IMG/VR virus record: IMGVR_UViG_3300030376_005787
Location: 1-45,462 of that record
Source: a virus
Lineage: Duplodnaviria > Caudoviricetes
Length of the DNA stretch: 45,462 nt
Strand: one strand, 5' to 3'
Shown here: positions 1 to 9,504 of the stretch, in pieces
Layout of the letters: each line of letters starts with the position of its first letter
Position numbering within the stretch: position 1 is the stretch's first letter
The notes under the pieces: model-generated
Databases searched by the model: none
What the model saw: the letters and a program-made list of their open reading frames with translations, nothing else
What the model was told of the DNA's origin: nothing
Program-made: the position numbers and the translations under genes

Positions 1-77
1 CAAGATACAAGTATGCAACTACAGAAGAGTTTTCTAAAGGATTAAAAAAACAATTTAAAGATTCTTTAACAGATAAG
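1..77. repeat. Terminal direct repeat, copy 1 (probable circular-assembly overlap)
   Basis: 1-77 is identical to 45386-45462. 77 is a common assembler k-mer size, and the reading frame continues across the junction. Confidence 0.95.
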
Positions 78-3000
78 CTAAACAAACAAGAACAAAAAGC
101 TTTAGAAGAATATATAGCTTCAAGTTCAGGTATTGAAAATCCAGAATTATTTAAATTAGGAAGCAAAGATGTTAAAGAAGCTGATTTAGTTTTATTTCAA
201 GAAAAAATGAAAAGTATTCCGTTTTTAGAAATAAAAAGTGCAGCTAGCATTCAAGCTAAATCTAAATTAATAAGAAATATTGAAATAAATGGTCAAAAAG
301 TGCTAACGCCTAAACAACAAGAAAATGTTATGAAGTTGTTAGGATTTAAAAATAAAACTTTATGGGGCGCTACTGTTGAACAGTTAAAAGGTTATAGTGA
401 TATAATAAATTCTACACGTATGCCTAACCAAACTAGAGCGGCAGGAATAGCAGAATCGGCAACAACTGGCCAACTTTCAGATATAATGAAACAAATGGAT
501 GGTTTAGTAGGTGATGCCGCAAAAGCTGCTTTACCTGTAGGTGCTGTTATGAGAAAATTAGGTCTTAAAGATATAGCTTCTAAAATGGAAGACCATATAT
601 CAGTAGAATTAAATCATGTTGGTAAATTTATATTGTTTGAAACAGCGGGTGAAAGAACATTAGGTAAAAGAACTTTTGGTAAAGCTAAAGAACATTTATA
701 CTTAATGGATGTTGAACGCTATATAGAAAGAAAAGATTTAGGGCTATTAACAAGAGCTGAACAAAAGTTTATAGATAAAGCATTTAAAAGTGATTGGGTT
801 ATAGAAAAAAATGGAAAATTAGTAAAAAACTCTAAATACAACGGTGCAAAATTTAAAGATGCTATTAATTTAAACACTCCTCAAGGTAAAGTAGTAGAAT
901 CTTGGGTTAATTATACAGATTATGTATTCAAAAATTTTAAAGAATCAGTTAAAGCAAATTTAAGTGAAACTGAATATCTTAATTTTGTTGAAAATAATAA
1001 TATAAATTGGATTAGAGACAATATTTATGTTTCAAGATTAGTTACAGACAAATTTAAAAAAGTATTTAATTTAGGTGGTAAAGCTTACGATAAACTTATT
1101 GAAAAACAAACTGCTCCGTTAGCTGAAAAATTAGCTAAAAAGAAATTTAATACAGATAAACCAACTGATGAACAAATTGGAAATGTTTGGGAAGATGCGC
1201 AAATGCATGTAAGAAATGATATTGCTGATATGCTACAGTTTAACAAAGGAAAACATAGCACAAGATTCTTAAAGAAAAGACATACAAAATTACCTGAATT
1301 TGTAGAAATAGATGGCAAAAAAATTAAAGTGTATGAAACTGGCTATGAAAATACTGTTAAAAAATATGCTCTTGGAATGTCTAAGTTTATGGCAAATACA
1401 GAAGTATTCCCAGAATTTGTTAATTTAAAAGGTATGAATTTCCCTGGTAGAAAAGATGCAATTAATAAATTAATTACCGCTAACAATAAATGGGGTCCAT
1501 GGGCAAGAGATAGGGTAGAACATCAACTAGGATATTTACAAAAGCCTGGAGATTATCGAAGTACTACTGCTAAAATAATGTCAGATGCAGCTCAAATATT
1601 AGCAAAAACACAATTATCTTTTCCAACCTCTGGACTTAAAAACTTAATTCTTGGACAGTCTGCAACACTTCAAGCTTTTAGAATGAGAGATTATCTTGCT
1701 GGCCTAGCTAAGGTTATGAGCAAAGAATTTAGAGATGAAGTAAAGGGAACAGGTGCAACAGAGATTGGTTTGAGACATATACAAGATTTAAAATTTGGAA
1801 AAGCTAATAAAATTTTAGAAAAAATATTCTGGTTTGGTGGTATGAAGCCTACAGAAAATATTAATAGATATATATCTATCGCTGCTAGTAAAGTTCAACA
1901 AAATAGATTAGTAGAAATAATTAGTAATAAAAAACATTCTTCAAATAAAAGAAAAAAAGCAGAAAGAAGATTAGAAGATTTTTATTCTATTTCAAAAGAA
2001 GAGCTAGGTCTGCTCAAAAAATATGGAATGTCTGGAGTAGACGATGTTTCATTTAGTTCAAATTTTGCTAAAAGTAAAGAACGTAGGACTATGCAAAACA
2101 TTTACAACAAAATGAACTCTATGGCTCATATAAAAACTCAAGGTGCTTCTTTATCTTTCTTTATGCCTGAATGGGCAGATGGAAAATTTTTAAGACCATT
2201 AACATTATTTAAAAGAATGGCTTATGCCCATACAGTTAATTCAGTGAATAATTTTAAATTAGCATATAAAAATGGTAACATGGTAAAAATGGGAATGCAT
2301 TTATTAGGACCATATCTTACTGGAACAGCTTTAATAGCAGTTTATGATAGTTTGTTTGACCAAAAACCTCCAACTGAAAATTCAGCAGCATGGTCACATA
2401 TGAAATATGTTTTTATGAGAGGTGAGTTTTTAGGTGTTTTATCTGATTTTATGAAAATGTTTGAAGGTGAAAGCGCTCAACAAACTGTTTATCCAGCTTT
2501 ATATAATTATTTAGTGACAGCTGCATCTACTGCATTAAAACTTTCAAAAGGGCAAATGAACTGGGAGCAAAGTGGGGAAGAAATGTTGAAAACAACATTT
2601 GGAGCTTATCGTGGAATGATTAAGTTAGCGGACAAAAACGAAAACCAATACAAAGTTCGTGCAAGAAGATTTAGAAACCTGTGGTATGAGTTTTTAGATG
2701 AAACTTATCCTAATACATTAGATGACAGTATTGGTGAAAGAAAATTAACTAGAAGAAGTCCTTATTATGCAGATTTAAAAACTGTTTTTGAAAATGGTTC
2801 AGCTAAACAATTTACTAAACAATATTATATAACAGTTGCAGCTGTTGCTACAAGTTTTTGGAATGAATCAATGAACAGTGAAGCTAAATCAGATACTTAT
2901 GCTAGCATTGAAGATGCTTTTAAAATGGCAGAAAGAACAGTAAATGCAAAAATAACTACATTTAACCCTAATCCTGGAAGTTTTCTAAAAATTAAAAAAA

Positions 3001-3179
3001 GTCAAAGTAAAAAAGATAAATTTAAAAACGCAAAAAGAGCAATTGCATGGAACAAATGGTTATCCAAAGACCCAGCAAAAGCTAAAGAATATTTAAAAGA
3101 ATTAAAAACTTTAGAAGCTGCTTATTGGCTTAAAAGAAGAAACTTTGAAAGAGAACTGAAATTATTAAAAATGAAATAG
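3..3179 (+). CDS. C-terminal half of the giant (~2261 aa) internal virion/ejection polyvalent protein that starts at 41779
   Basis: The frame of ORF 207..3179 is open from base 3 (RYKYATTEEFSKG...) and continues the frame from 41779 through the 77-bp overlap. It is helical, with hydrophobic segments (e.g. MGMHLLGPYLTGTALIAVY) typical of large ejection-protein C-termini. Confidence 0.85.
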   Translation, partial: RYKYATTEEFSKGLKKQFKDSLTDKLNKQEQKALEEYIASSSGIENPELFKLGSKDVKEADLVLFQEKMKSIPFLEIKSAASIQAKSKLIRNIEINGQKVLTPKQQENVMKLLGFKNKTLWGATVEQLKGYSDIINSTRMPNQTRAAGIAESATTGQLSDIMKQMDGLVGDAAKAALPVGAVMRKLGLKDIASKMEDHISVELNHVGKFILFETAGERTLGKRTFGKAKEHLYLMDVERYIERKDLGLLTRAEQKFIDKAFKSDWVIEKNGKLVKNSKYNGAKFKDAINLNTPQGKVVESWVNYTDYVFKNFKESVKANLSETEYLNFVENNNINWIRDNIYVSRLVTDKFKKVFNLGGKAYDKLIEKQTAPLAEKLAKKKFNTDKPTDEQIGNVWEDAQMHVRNDIADMLQFNKGKHSTRFLKKRHTKLPEFVEIDGKKIKVYETGYENTVKKYALGMSKFMANTEVFPEFVNLKGMNFPGRKDAINKLITANNKWGPWARDRVEHQLGYLQKPGDYRSTTAKIMSDAAQILAKTQLSFPTSGLKNLILGQSATLQAFRMRDYLAGLAKVMSKEFRDEVKGTGATEIGLRHIQDLKFGKANKILEKIFWFGGMKPTENINRYISIAASKVQQNRLVEIISNKKHSSNKRKKAERRLEDFYSISKEELGLLKKYGMSGVDDVSFSSNFAKSKERRTMQNIYNKMNSMAHIKTQGASLSFFMPEWADGKFLRPLTLFKRMAYAHTVNSVNNFKLAYKNGNMVKMGMHLLGPYLTGTALIAVYDSLFDQKPPTENSAAWSHMKYVFMRGEFLGVLSDFMKMFEGESAQQTVYPALYNYLVTAASTALKLSKGQMNWEQSGEEMLKTTFGAYRGMIKLADKNENQYKVRARRFRNLWYEFLDETYPNTLDDSIGERKLTRRSPYYADLKTVFENGSAKQFTKQYYITVAAVATSFWNESMNSEAKSDTYASIEDAFKMAERTVNAKITTFNPNPGSFLKIKKSQSKKDKFKNAKRAIAWNKWLSKDPAKAKEYLKELKTLEAAYWLKRRNFERELKLLKMK

Positions 3180-3638
3180 TTCTGTTCTTGGTATAAGCGC
3201 CATTTGACTAGCATTAAAATCTCCACCCATAACAAGTTTTAGTTTACCTTTTTCTTTTAAATCAATTATTTTTTTCTTTAAATAATCAACACTAAATATA
3301 TATCCGCCTACAATTTTATCATTATCAGATAATAAATGTATCCAAATACTAGAACCAGTAGTAGATATACCACTAGGATTTCCTTTGTACCTTATCTCTA
3401 CTGCTATATTACCAGTAGTTTTCCAAAGGTCTCTCTCTGTTTTAACTTCTATTTTTGTGTTTCCGTTCTGTAAATCCTCAACGAATTTTTCACCCATTTG
3501 GCCAAATTCTAAATCAAGGTCGAACTTTTTCATTTCTTCATATTTCAACGGTATTAACCTCCCATCATATGTTATTAATTCCAAGTCTCCAAAGACTTTG
3601 TGTATATCAAGTAGTTTTATCAAGACCGTACTTCGCAA
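3165..3638 (-). CDS. PD-(D/E)xK-like nuclease-fold phage protein
   Basis: Motifs KFDLDLEFGQMGE and IEVKTERDLWKTTGNIAVE (ExK). The true start may be the internal MKKFDL. Its stop overlaps the stop of the convergent giant gene. Confidence 0.6.
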   Translation of the reverse strand: MRSTVLIKLLDIHKVFGDLELITYDGRLIPLKYEEMKKFDLDLEFGQMGEKFVEDLQNGNTKIEVKTERDLWKTTGNIAVEIRYKGNPSGISTTGSSIWIHLLSDNDKIVGGYIFSVDYLKKKIIDLKEKGKLKLVMGGDFNASQMALIPRTELFHF

Positions 3639-4104
3639 TCATGATAGCATCTGCAGTAGCTAATGTTGGTACACCTTTCCAACAATATGCCATGTATTCA
3701 TTTTTATACATTAATTCTTTAGCTAAATGTTTTATATGGTTTTTTCTTTCTTGCTTTGATAATCCTGTAGGGACTTTACAATGTTTCATCCATGTAGCAG
3801 GAATAACGTATTCTGGCTCTATACCAAAAGAAGATATAACTCCTTCCCATTGCCCATAGTTTTGAGCAAATGTAAATACTGAAACTCTCCCATCAGATGG
3901 TCTTGCCCAGACTTTTTCTAAAAACACCCTTATGGATGAAGGAGACACTTCTTCTATCATATCTTTGAATAGGGAAGACATTGACAGCGGGTTATCTGGG
4001 CATTTTACAGACCATAATCTATTTTCTTCTATCATACATATACCCCCAGATTTTCCTGGGTCTATGCCTATAATTTTATTGGAATGGTAATTCTCTTGTT
4101 GCAT
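3607..4104 (-). CDS. RuvC-like Holliday junction resolvase
   Basis: Motifs IIGIDPGKSGG, VFLEKV, F.FAQNYG.W, P..W.K and ADAIMIA. Start placed at MQQEN (4104). Confidence 0.8.
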   Translation of the reverse strand: MQQENYHSNKIIGIDPGKSGGICMIEENRLWSVKCPDNPLSMSSLFKDMIEEVSPSSIRVFLEKVWARPSDGRVSVFTFAQNYGQWEGVISSFGIEPEYVIPATWMKHCKVPTGLSKQERKNHIKHLAKELMYKNEYMAYCWKGVPTLATADAIMIAKYGLDKTT

Positions 4105-5425
4105 CTTGCTCCTTTGAATGTGGTATTGACCAGTTATCGTATATAGTACAGATGTCTCCATTATAATGTAATGTCATTTCTGAAGATTCACCGTACCTTA
4201 CTTTACTTGCTATTAATCTAATTTCATTTTTTGAATGCATAGCAGGGTCTACTTTATAAGAATAAAATACAAAGAATACATTCTCTGCTACCTGCTCTAT
4301 TGCTCCCGATTCTGCAAGGTCAGATAATTGAGGTCGTTTAGCTTCTTTGTTTCTAGACTCTAAAGAACGGTTTAATTGAGAGGCCAAAATTACAGAACAA
4401 TTAGTTTCTTTTGCAAGCCATTTATATTCATTGCAAATTCTTTCTAACTGTAATCTTCTTTCAGTTTCTCTTCCAGCTGGAGTTACAAGCTGTATATAAT
4501 CATCAATTATAACATCTGGTTTAAACTTTTTAACTTCAGATGATGTTTTAGATAAATCTCTAATGTTATCAAACATAACAAACTTTTCTTCATTATATTT
4601 TTCAGCAATTATCCTACTAGCTTCTTTAAGTTGATTAATAAAACTTGTATTAGTTTTATCAACAATTCCTTTTCTTACATCTTTATAATTTAATCTTGGG
4701 TTTTCTATACAGATTAATTTTTTAATTACTTCACTATTAGGAAGCTCCCTATTAAAAACAGCTACTTTATAACCACCTTTAATAAGTGAAGCTAAAAGAT
4801 TAACAAGAAATGTAGTTTTTCCATGACCTGGCCTTCCACCAACTATAGTAATCTCTCCCCTTGTTAAACCTCCAGCAAGTGCATCTATTTCCCTGTAGCC
4901 AGTTTTAATCATTTTTTTGCTACCTTGCTTCATAGTATTAAAAGTCTCAGTCATAGCCTTATCTATAGTAAACTTTTCACCAGGCCTTACCCTAATAAGC
5001 TCTCCCATAAGTGAATGTGCTTGATTGATTAAGCCATATACATCTCCACCGTGAAACAAAACATCTTTTTTTATATTTTCAGTTTCATCCATTATTTTTC
5101 TAAGTAAATATTTCTCATATATAGATTGAGAATAAGCTTCAATCATACCATATCCACAAGCATCAGATGTTATATCAACAACATATCCAGTTGTTATACC
5201 ATTGTTCATATCATCTGTTGTTATGGAAGCGCAAAGAATTGCAGTATCTAAATTCTTTCCATCTTTTATCATTTTGCTTAATTTAATCCATAGCGCCTGT
5301 GCTTTCTTTTGGCTAAAAACTTTTGGCTCTGGAATGTATTGTTCTATCAAACTATATTCTTTAGGATAGAATATAAGTCCTCCTAATACCACATTTTCAG
5401 TGGCAACATCCGTCATGTCTCCCAT
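4076..5425 (-). CDS. dnaB: Replicative DNA helicase, DnaB family
   Basis: Walker A GGRPGHGKTT, Walker B IIDDYIQL, plus SQLNR..E.R, RPQLSDLAESGAIEQVAE and KVRYGE. Confidence 0.95.
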   Translation of the reverse strand: MGDMTDVATENVVLGGLIFYPKEYSLIEQYIPEPKVFSQKKAQALWIKLSKMIKDGKNLDTAILCASITTDDMNNGITTGYVVDITSDACGYGMIEAYSQSIYEKYLLRKIMDETENIKKDVLFHGGDVYGLINQAHSLMGELIRVRPGEKFTIDKAMTETFNTMKQGSKKMIKTGYREIDALAGGLTRGEITIVGGRPGHGKTTFLVNLLASLIKGGYKVAVFNRELPNSEVIKKLICIENPRLNYKDVRKGIVDKTNTSFINQLKEASRIIAEKYNEEKFVMFDNIRDLSKTSSEVKKFKPDVIIDDYIQLVTPAGRETERRLQLERICNEYKWLAKETNCSVILASQLNRSLESRNKEAKRPQLSDLAESGAIEQVAENVFFVFYSYKVDPAMHSKNEIRLIASKVRYGESSEMTLHYNGDICTIYDNWSIPHSKEQDATRELPFQ

Positions 5426-5437
5426 TTTTTCTCCTTT

Positions 5438-5617
5438 TTAGTTTTGTTCTTTTTCTAAAGTCAGATTATATTCATCTACTAATTTATCAATTTGTACTTC
5501 ACATACTTTATAAATCATACCTACATTTGTAGGCACTTCTTCAAGGGGTCTACCTTTTAAATATATTCCCCAACTATTTTCTGTTAGTATCTTTTCTAAC
5601 ATTTTTTTGTTTAACAT
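5438..5617 (-). CDS. Small hypothetical protein (59 aa, MLNKKMLEKILTENSWGIYLKG...)
   Basis: Manual translation. Preceded by an AAGGAG SD and fills the gap before dnaB. Confidence 0.6.
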   Translation of the reverse strand: MLNKKMLEKILTENSWGIYLKGRPLEEVPTNVGMIYKVCEVQIDKLVDEYNLTLEKEQN

Positions 5618-5795
5618 CAGTCTCCTTCCTTTTCTTTAAAAAGTTTTCAAATTTCTTACCATCTTTTTTATAATCAATGTAATCAATAAAAGTATAAGCT
5701 ATTCCTTCTAATCTATTTTCAAGACTACTTACTGTCATTATTAGATTTTCTAGTACTTTTTTTATTTCCATTGCTGTTGGTTTTTTTCTGCTCAT
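5574..5795 (-). CDS. Hypothetical protein
   Basis: ORF track; GAGG SD; same strand as neighbours. Confidence 0.65.
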   Translation of the reverse strand: MSRKKPTAMEIKKVLENLIMTVSSLENRLEGIAYTFIDYIDYKKDGKKFENFLKKRKETDVKQKNVRKDTNRK

Positions 5796-5882
5796 CTTTC
5801 TTTACCTCATTTAATATGTCTTGTAGTATATCCTTTAGTTTTGATACCTCTTGTTTTAAACTTAAAATATCTTTTTCCATGT

Positions 5883-6365
5883 CTATTGCTCTTCCCATTG
5901 CTTACCTCTTTTCTTTTGTTTGTATGAATGCCAATTTTGTTGTTTTGCTGTTTTTTCTCTATGACAGTTTGCGCATAAGATAATGCATTTTTCGATTTCC
6001 TTTTCAAGACTTTCAATTGAATATCCGTGTGTTGCCATAGTCGATAAATCATTTCTTTTCGTTTTCGGGTCAATATGGTCAAATTCCAAGACGATAGGAT
6101 TGCTTTCACCGCAAGAAGTACAAGGATTACTAAGCTTAAATTCATAAATTAAATTCCTTCCATCTTTTTTATATTTAGCAGTATTCCTTTTTGTCCTAGC
6201 CAAATAAACATCTATATTATCCCTATAGTGCTGTCTTGAATATTCATTTGTACACTGTTTACATTTAGTGCTTCTTCTACCACTTTTTTTATCCTTCCAA
6301 CTATAATTCTTTATTAATATTTGTTTTTTGCATGTACAACATGGTTTACTTTTTCTTTGACTCAT
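5883..6365 (-). CDS. HNH endonuclease with zinc-binding motifs
   Basis: CTSCGE..PIVLEFDHID...EIEKCIILCANCHR, plus N-terminal CxxC pairs. Confidence 0.85.
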   Translation of the reverse strand: MSQRKSKPCCTCKKQILIKNYSWKDKKSGRRSTKCKQCTNEYSRQHYRDNIDVYLARTKRNTAKYKKDGRNLIYEFKLSNPCTSCGESNPIVLEFDHIDPKTKRNDLSTMATHGYSIESLEKEIEKCIILCANCHREKTAKQQNWHSYKQKKRGKQWEEQ

Positions 6366-6663
6366 TTTCCTCCACCATTCCCCACATTAAGAAACAATAA
6401 ACTATAATATCCGTCAATCTACCTCTTACGTCTTCCCTCTGAGAATGATGTCCATCTACATAAGCACAAAGACCATCAACATGTTTTATCATATATGTCA
6501 ATAAAGCTTTTTCTCTATTTACCCCAACAAAAGATGCCACCCTTTCAAAATTAGCAAAAACATTATCCACATCTCTAGCATATTCTTTTTGCCCCGCATC
6601 TCTTGTGGCAATAATTTTATCCATTATTTTAGTCATTAAGTCCTGCATCTCTTTTTTAAGCAT
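6346..6663 (-). CDS. DUF1599-like nucleotide-modification-associated / NTP pyrophosphohydrolase-like protein
   Basis: Pattern EYA...VFANFER...KH.......E....RL.DII.Y. Confidence 0.6.
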   Translation of the reverse strand: MLKKEMQDLMTKIMDKIIATRDAGQKEYARDVDNVFANFERVASFVGVNREKALLTYMIKHVDGLCAYVDGHHSQREDVRGRLTDIIVYCFLMWGMVEENESKKK

Positions 6664-6910
6664 TGCCCATCTCTTTCCTTTTTCTATAAGTGCTATGAAC
6701 TAAATATTCTGAACCTACCATTACACTTAATGGCCATCCATTTGGGCTTTTTTCAAGTTCTTTTCTATACATTTTAATTCTAGTCCACGTTTTGTTCTTT
6801 TTGTTCATTTTATCTCCTTTTAAATTAATTCTATAATTCTTTTAATAATTGCGTATGAAAACGCTATTCCAACTGATACCATCACTCCATATAAAATAAA
6901 ATTCCCCCAA

Positions 6911-7069
6911 CTAATCATCTTGTCCCTCTAAAGGTAAATAACATTCATATGTAGCCTCACATTTGCTACAAGAAAAATTACTTACAATACCTTCTCCTTC
7001 CATTCCATAATCTTCATAATCATGGTCTCCGCCCCATATAATTTCATTTTTACAATGCCAACATTTCAT
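6911..7069 (-). CDS. Small zinc-ribbon protein (52 aa, MKCWHCKNEIIWGGDHD...SCSKC)
   Basis: Manual translation; two CxxC motifs; AAGGAG SD. Confidence 0.75.
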   Translation of the reverse strand: MKCWHCKNEIIWGGDHDYEDYGMEGEGIVSNFSCSKCEATYECYLPLEGQDD

Positions 7070-7087
7070 ATTTTCTCCTTTTTAAAA

Positions 7088-7180
7088 TATGGGAGATTCT
7101 GAAAGGTGGGTAAAGAACTGCGGTAGAGAGGACCACAAGAAACCACCCATGTATTCTCACGATATACATAATCTCCCATA
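7088..7180 (-). ncRNA. Candidate structured RNA element (multi-stem)
   Basis: Perfect 11-bp closing stem TATGGGAGATT/AATCTCCCATA enclosing two internal hairpins. A G-U pair favours the minus strand. Confidence 0.5.
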
Positions 7181-7183
7181 ACT

Positions 7184-7339
7184 TTATCTTTTTATATGTC
7201 TATAGACTGTGGCTCTTGAAACACCAACAATCCTACTTATTCTGTCGCCTTTAAAACCAACATTATACAAAACATTGATAAAAAACTCTCTAGGCTTCCC
7301 AACTCTCGTATACCTTCTTTTAGAATGGGATTTCTGCAT
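7184..7339 (-). CDS. Small helix-turn-helix DNA-binding protein (51 aa)
   Basis: Manual translation ends ISRIVGVSRATVYRHIKR, a resolvase-type HTH. AAGGAGG SD upstream. Not in the ORF track. Confidence 0.7.
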   Translation of the reverse strand: MQKSHSKRRYTRVGKPREFFINVLYNVGFKGDRISRIVGVSRATVYRHIKR

Positions 7340-7943
7340 CTTTTTTAACCCCTCCTTCCCACTCTTTTACGAATTTAACAACGTAAGGTGTTCTTTCTTG
7401 ACCTTCTTTGTTTTTATACGGTTTTCCAGCATCTATAACAGCAATAACTGGCTTTCCATCTATATCATCAGCTTTAAGCGGTGGTAAAACTTGAACTTCT
7501 ACATCTTCACCTTTCATTTTAACAACTTTTCTTGGTATTTCAACACCAATAGTTTCACAAAAGTTAAAGTATCTTTTATTGCCAGCAGAATTAGATTCAA
7601 ACTTTTCACCTTTTTTCGGCTCTATAAATCTAAAAATACCATCTGACTTATATGTGCGACCAACATATTGTTTTCCTTCGTATTCCTCACCTTTATTTGA
7701 TTTGTATTTGCTTTCAGATGTTTTAGCATCTACAACAAATTCATAGTTATATACTAGAGCTTTAAAAGTTTTTCCGTCTCTAGTCCAAGACACTTCTCTT
7801 GTAGAAGCTTCTTGCATATGTCCATAAAATTCACCTCTAACATTTGGTGCATTTTTAGGTTTTTCTGTTGTTTCTTCACCTGCGACAAAGAAACTCTCTG
7901 TATCATTTAACATGTCGTCAAACATTTTAGATGTCTCACTCAT
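7320..7943 (-). CDS. Putative single-stranded DNA-binding protein
   Basis: Follows the annealing-protein gene; beta-rich; acidic/aromatic C-terminal tail DAEIPF. Confidence 0.6.
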   Translation of the reverse strand: MSETSKMFDDMLNDTESFFVAGEETTEKPKNAPNVRGEFYGHMQEASTREVSWTRDGKTFKALVYNYEFVVDAKTSESKYKSNKGEEYEGKQYVGRTYKSDGIFRFIEPKKGEKFESNSAGNKRYFNFCETIGVEIPRKVVKMKGEDVEVQVLPPLKADDIDGKPVIAVIDAGKPYKNKEGQERTPYVVKFVKEWEGGVKKDAEIPF

Positions 7944-8491
7944 TATTTTTCTCCTTTTTGATTTTTAATAACAGTTTTACAATGTCCTAAACTTTTCTCA
8001 TAGTTTGCTTCATTTACCTTACCTTCTTCAATAGCTTTAAGAATTGTTTTCTTTGTTGCCTCGTCTTTAATTTTGTTGGCAAGTTTAGTTAATTCCTGTT
8101 CCTGTTCTTCTGTTATATTGTCGGGTAAATCTTCGCCCGCAAATAACACAAGGCCAAGCCCATGCAGTGCTATTGCTTTTGCTAAACACCTCTGTATAGA
8201 AGTGTTTATTTGAAATGCATTAGGTTTTTCTATCGTTTTATTTTTATTGTCAAGAACAGGATGTATCTGTGTTCTTGTAATATCATCAATAGTAACACTA
8301 ACTTTTACATAATAACCTGTGATGGTTTCCATGTAAGGCATTCCTTCGTATTCATGTACTTCCCAAGTTGCCTTTGGAAATACTTTTAACATCTCTCTTA
8401 CTGCATGCGCCCAAGACAAGTAATCAAACTTACCTTTTTGCTCCGCTAATTTAGAGATGTCAACGTCTTTTAGAGTTTGAAATACACTCAT
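7943..8491 (-). CDS. Sak-type (DUF1071, Rad52-like) single-strand annealing protein
   Basis: YLSWAHA, PVLDNKNK, INTSIQRCLAKAIALHGLGL...GEDLP. Confidence 0.85.
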   Translation of the reverse strand: MSVFQTLKDVDISKLAEQKGKFDYLSWAHAVREMLKVFPKATWEVHEYEGMPYMETITGYYVKVSVTIDDITRTQIHPVLDNKNKTIEKPNAFQINTSIQRCLAKAIALHGLGLVLFAGEDLPDNITEEQEQELTKLANKIKDEATKKTILKAIEEGKVNEANYEKSLGHCKTVIKNQKGEK

Positions 8492-8502
8492 GCTTATCTC
8501 CT

Positions 8503-9324
8503 TTACTTTTTCTTAAAGAAAGGTGGGTTACAATGGTCAAGAAATCTACAATAATTGCAGTTCCAATCCTCAACAGGACTGAATTTTTCTCTAAACATTG
8601 GAAGACCTTTCTTGTGTTCTTCGTTTACGTTAGTCCAAAATGCTTTTGCTCTATCAAGCATTTGCATTGGTACTTGGTGCGCTCTCATTCTAGAATTGTC
8701 TTTATTGTAATAATAAAGCCACATACTATCAAGCCTACCAAATTTTTCTTTAAGTGCTAAACCATATGTCCCCATTTGAAGTTCTTGATGAATAGAAGCA
8801 TTGGCATCATAATATTTTCTACCAAATTTCCTAGACCAAGAATAACTAGCCATAGTTTTAAAGTCTATAAGATGAACTTCACCACTAATTTCACCAACCG
8901 CTACTAAATCAAAGAAACCTCTGACGTTTAAGGAATCAATAGAAACCTCACCTTCAATATGAAAAACAAACTTTTCTTTTTGTATATTCTTTATATCTTT
9001 TTCTTTACTATATATAGATTCTTCATATGTAGTATTACTACTTGTAGTATTACTATATATAGTAGTATCGGAAAGAGCTAGCTGTAAATCATCATGTACA
9101 ATTGTACCTAAACGCATGATTCTAGATGACCTTTCATTAGCAGGGTTTGTAGTCGGGGCAAGTTCAATAGATTCGTAATATAATTTCCTAGAACACGTAC
9201 CAGCTCCAGAAGCGTGATAATGATGTTCTCTATCTTTATATCTTTCTTCGTAGTTTTCTTCGTTCTTTTTTACTATGTGGTCGTTATAGATTTTCTCTAT
9301 ATCAACAGGACATTGGTTTTTCAA
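8503..9324 (-). CDS. Cas4-like PD-(D/E)xK exonuclease
   Basis: AS.AG.C.RK.YY, G...H, G.FD, IDFKT, Q...Y and terminal CNYC....C (four-Cys cluster). TTG start with AGGAG SD. Confidence 0.8.
   Translation of the reverse strand: MKNQCPVDIEKIYNDHIVKKNEENYEERYKDREHHYHASGAGTCSRKLYYESIELAPTTNPANERSSRIMRLGTIVHDDLQLALSDTTIYSNTTSSNTTYEESIYSKEKDIKNIQKEKFVFHIEGEVSIDSLNVRGFFDLVAVGEISGEVHLIDFKTMASYSWSRKFGRKYYDANASIHQELQMGTYGLALKEKFGRLDSMWLYYYNKDNSRMRAHQVPMQMLDRAKAFWTNVNEEHKKGLPMFREKFSPVEDWNCNYCRFLDHCNPPFFKKK
9005..9064. repeat. Cluster of direct repeats and palindromes inside the Cas4-like gene
   Basis: TTACTATATATAG at 9005 and 9050; TGTAGTATTACTA at 9028 and 9043; perfect palindrome TACTATATATAGTA at 9051-9064. 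Confidence 0.75.
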
Positions 9325-9333
9325 AATATTCTC

Positions 9334-9504
9334 CTATTTTTCAGTAACAAATGATTCGATAAGTTCTGTTATTGCTTTATTCATAGAAGTTCCTCTAGAA
9401 TAGCAAGTTCCTTTGAATTTATTCCAAAGATTCTTATCCATATTTGTTATAATTACGTTCTTTTTTGTATTATTCTGTTCTTGATTCTCATGATTTCTCA
9501 TCAT
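9334..9504 (-). CDS. Ribbon-helix-helix (ParG/Arc-like) transcription regulator (56 aa)
   Basis: Manual translation NVIITNMDKNLWNKFKGTCYSRGTSMNKAITELIESFV; AGGAG SD. Not in the ORF track. Confidence 0.65.
   Translation of the reverse strand: MMRNHENQEQNNTKKNVIITNMDKNLWNKFKGTCYSRGTSMNKAITELIESFVTEK

Noticed and set aside
1-77. 77-bp repeat as a biological terminal repeat or att site
   Set aside because: Its length matches a common assembler k-mer and it falls mid-gene in frame, so it is most likely assembly overlap.
207-3179. 990-aa ORF as a stand-alone gene
   Set aside because: The frame is open upstream through the junction to ATG 41779, and there is no SD at 207.
5807-6145. 112-aa alternate-frame ORF overlapping the HNH gene
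   Set aside because: It shadows a well-supported gene and has no recognisable motifs.
7088-7180. tRNA gene
   Set aside because: No TTCGA T-loop, D-loop or cloverleaf geometry. I saw no tRNA anywhere in the window.
8503-9324. Cas4-like gene as part of a CRISPR system
   Set aside because: No repeat-spacer array or other cas genes were seen. Solo Cas4-like nucleases next to annealing proteins are common in phages.
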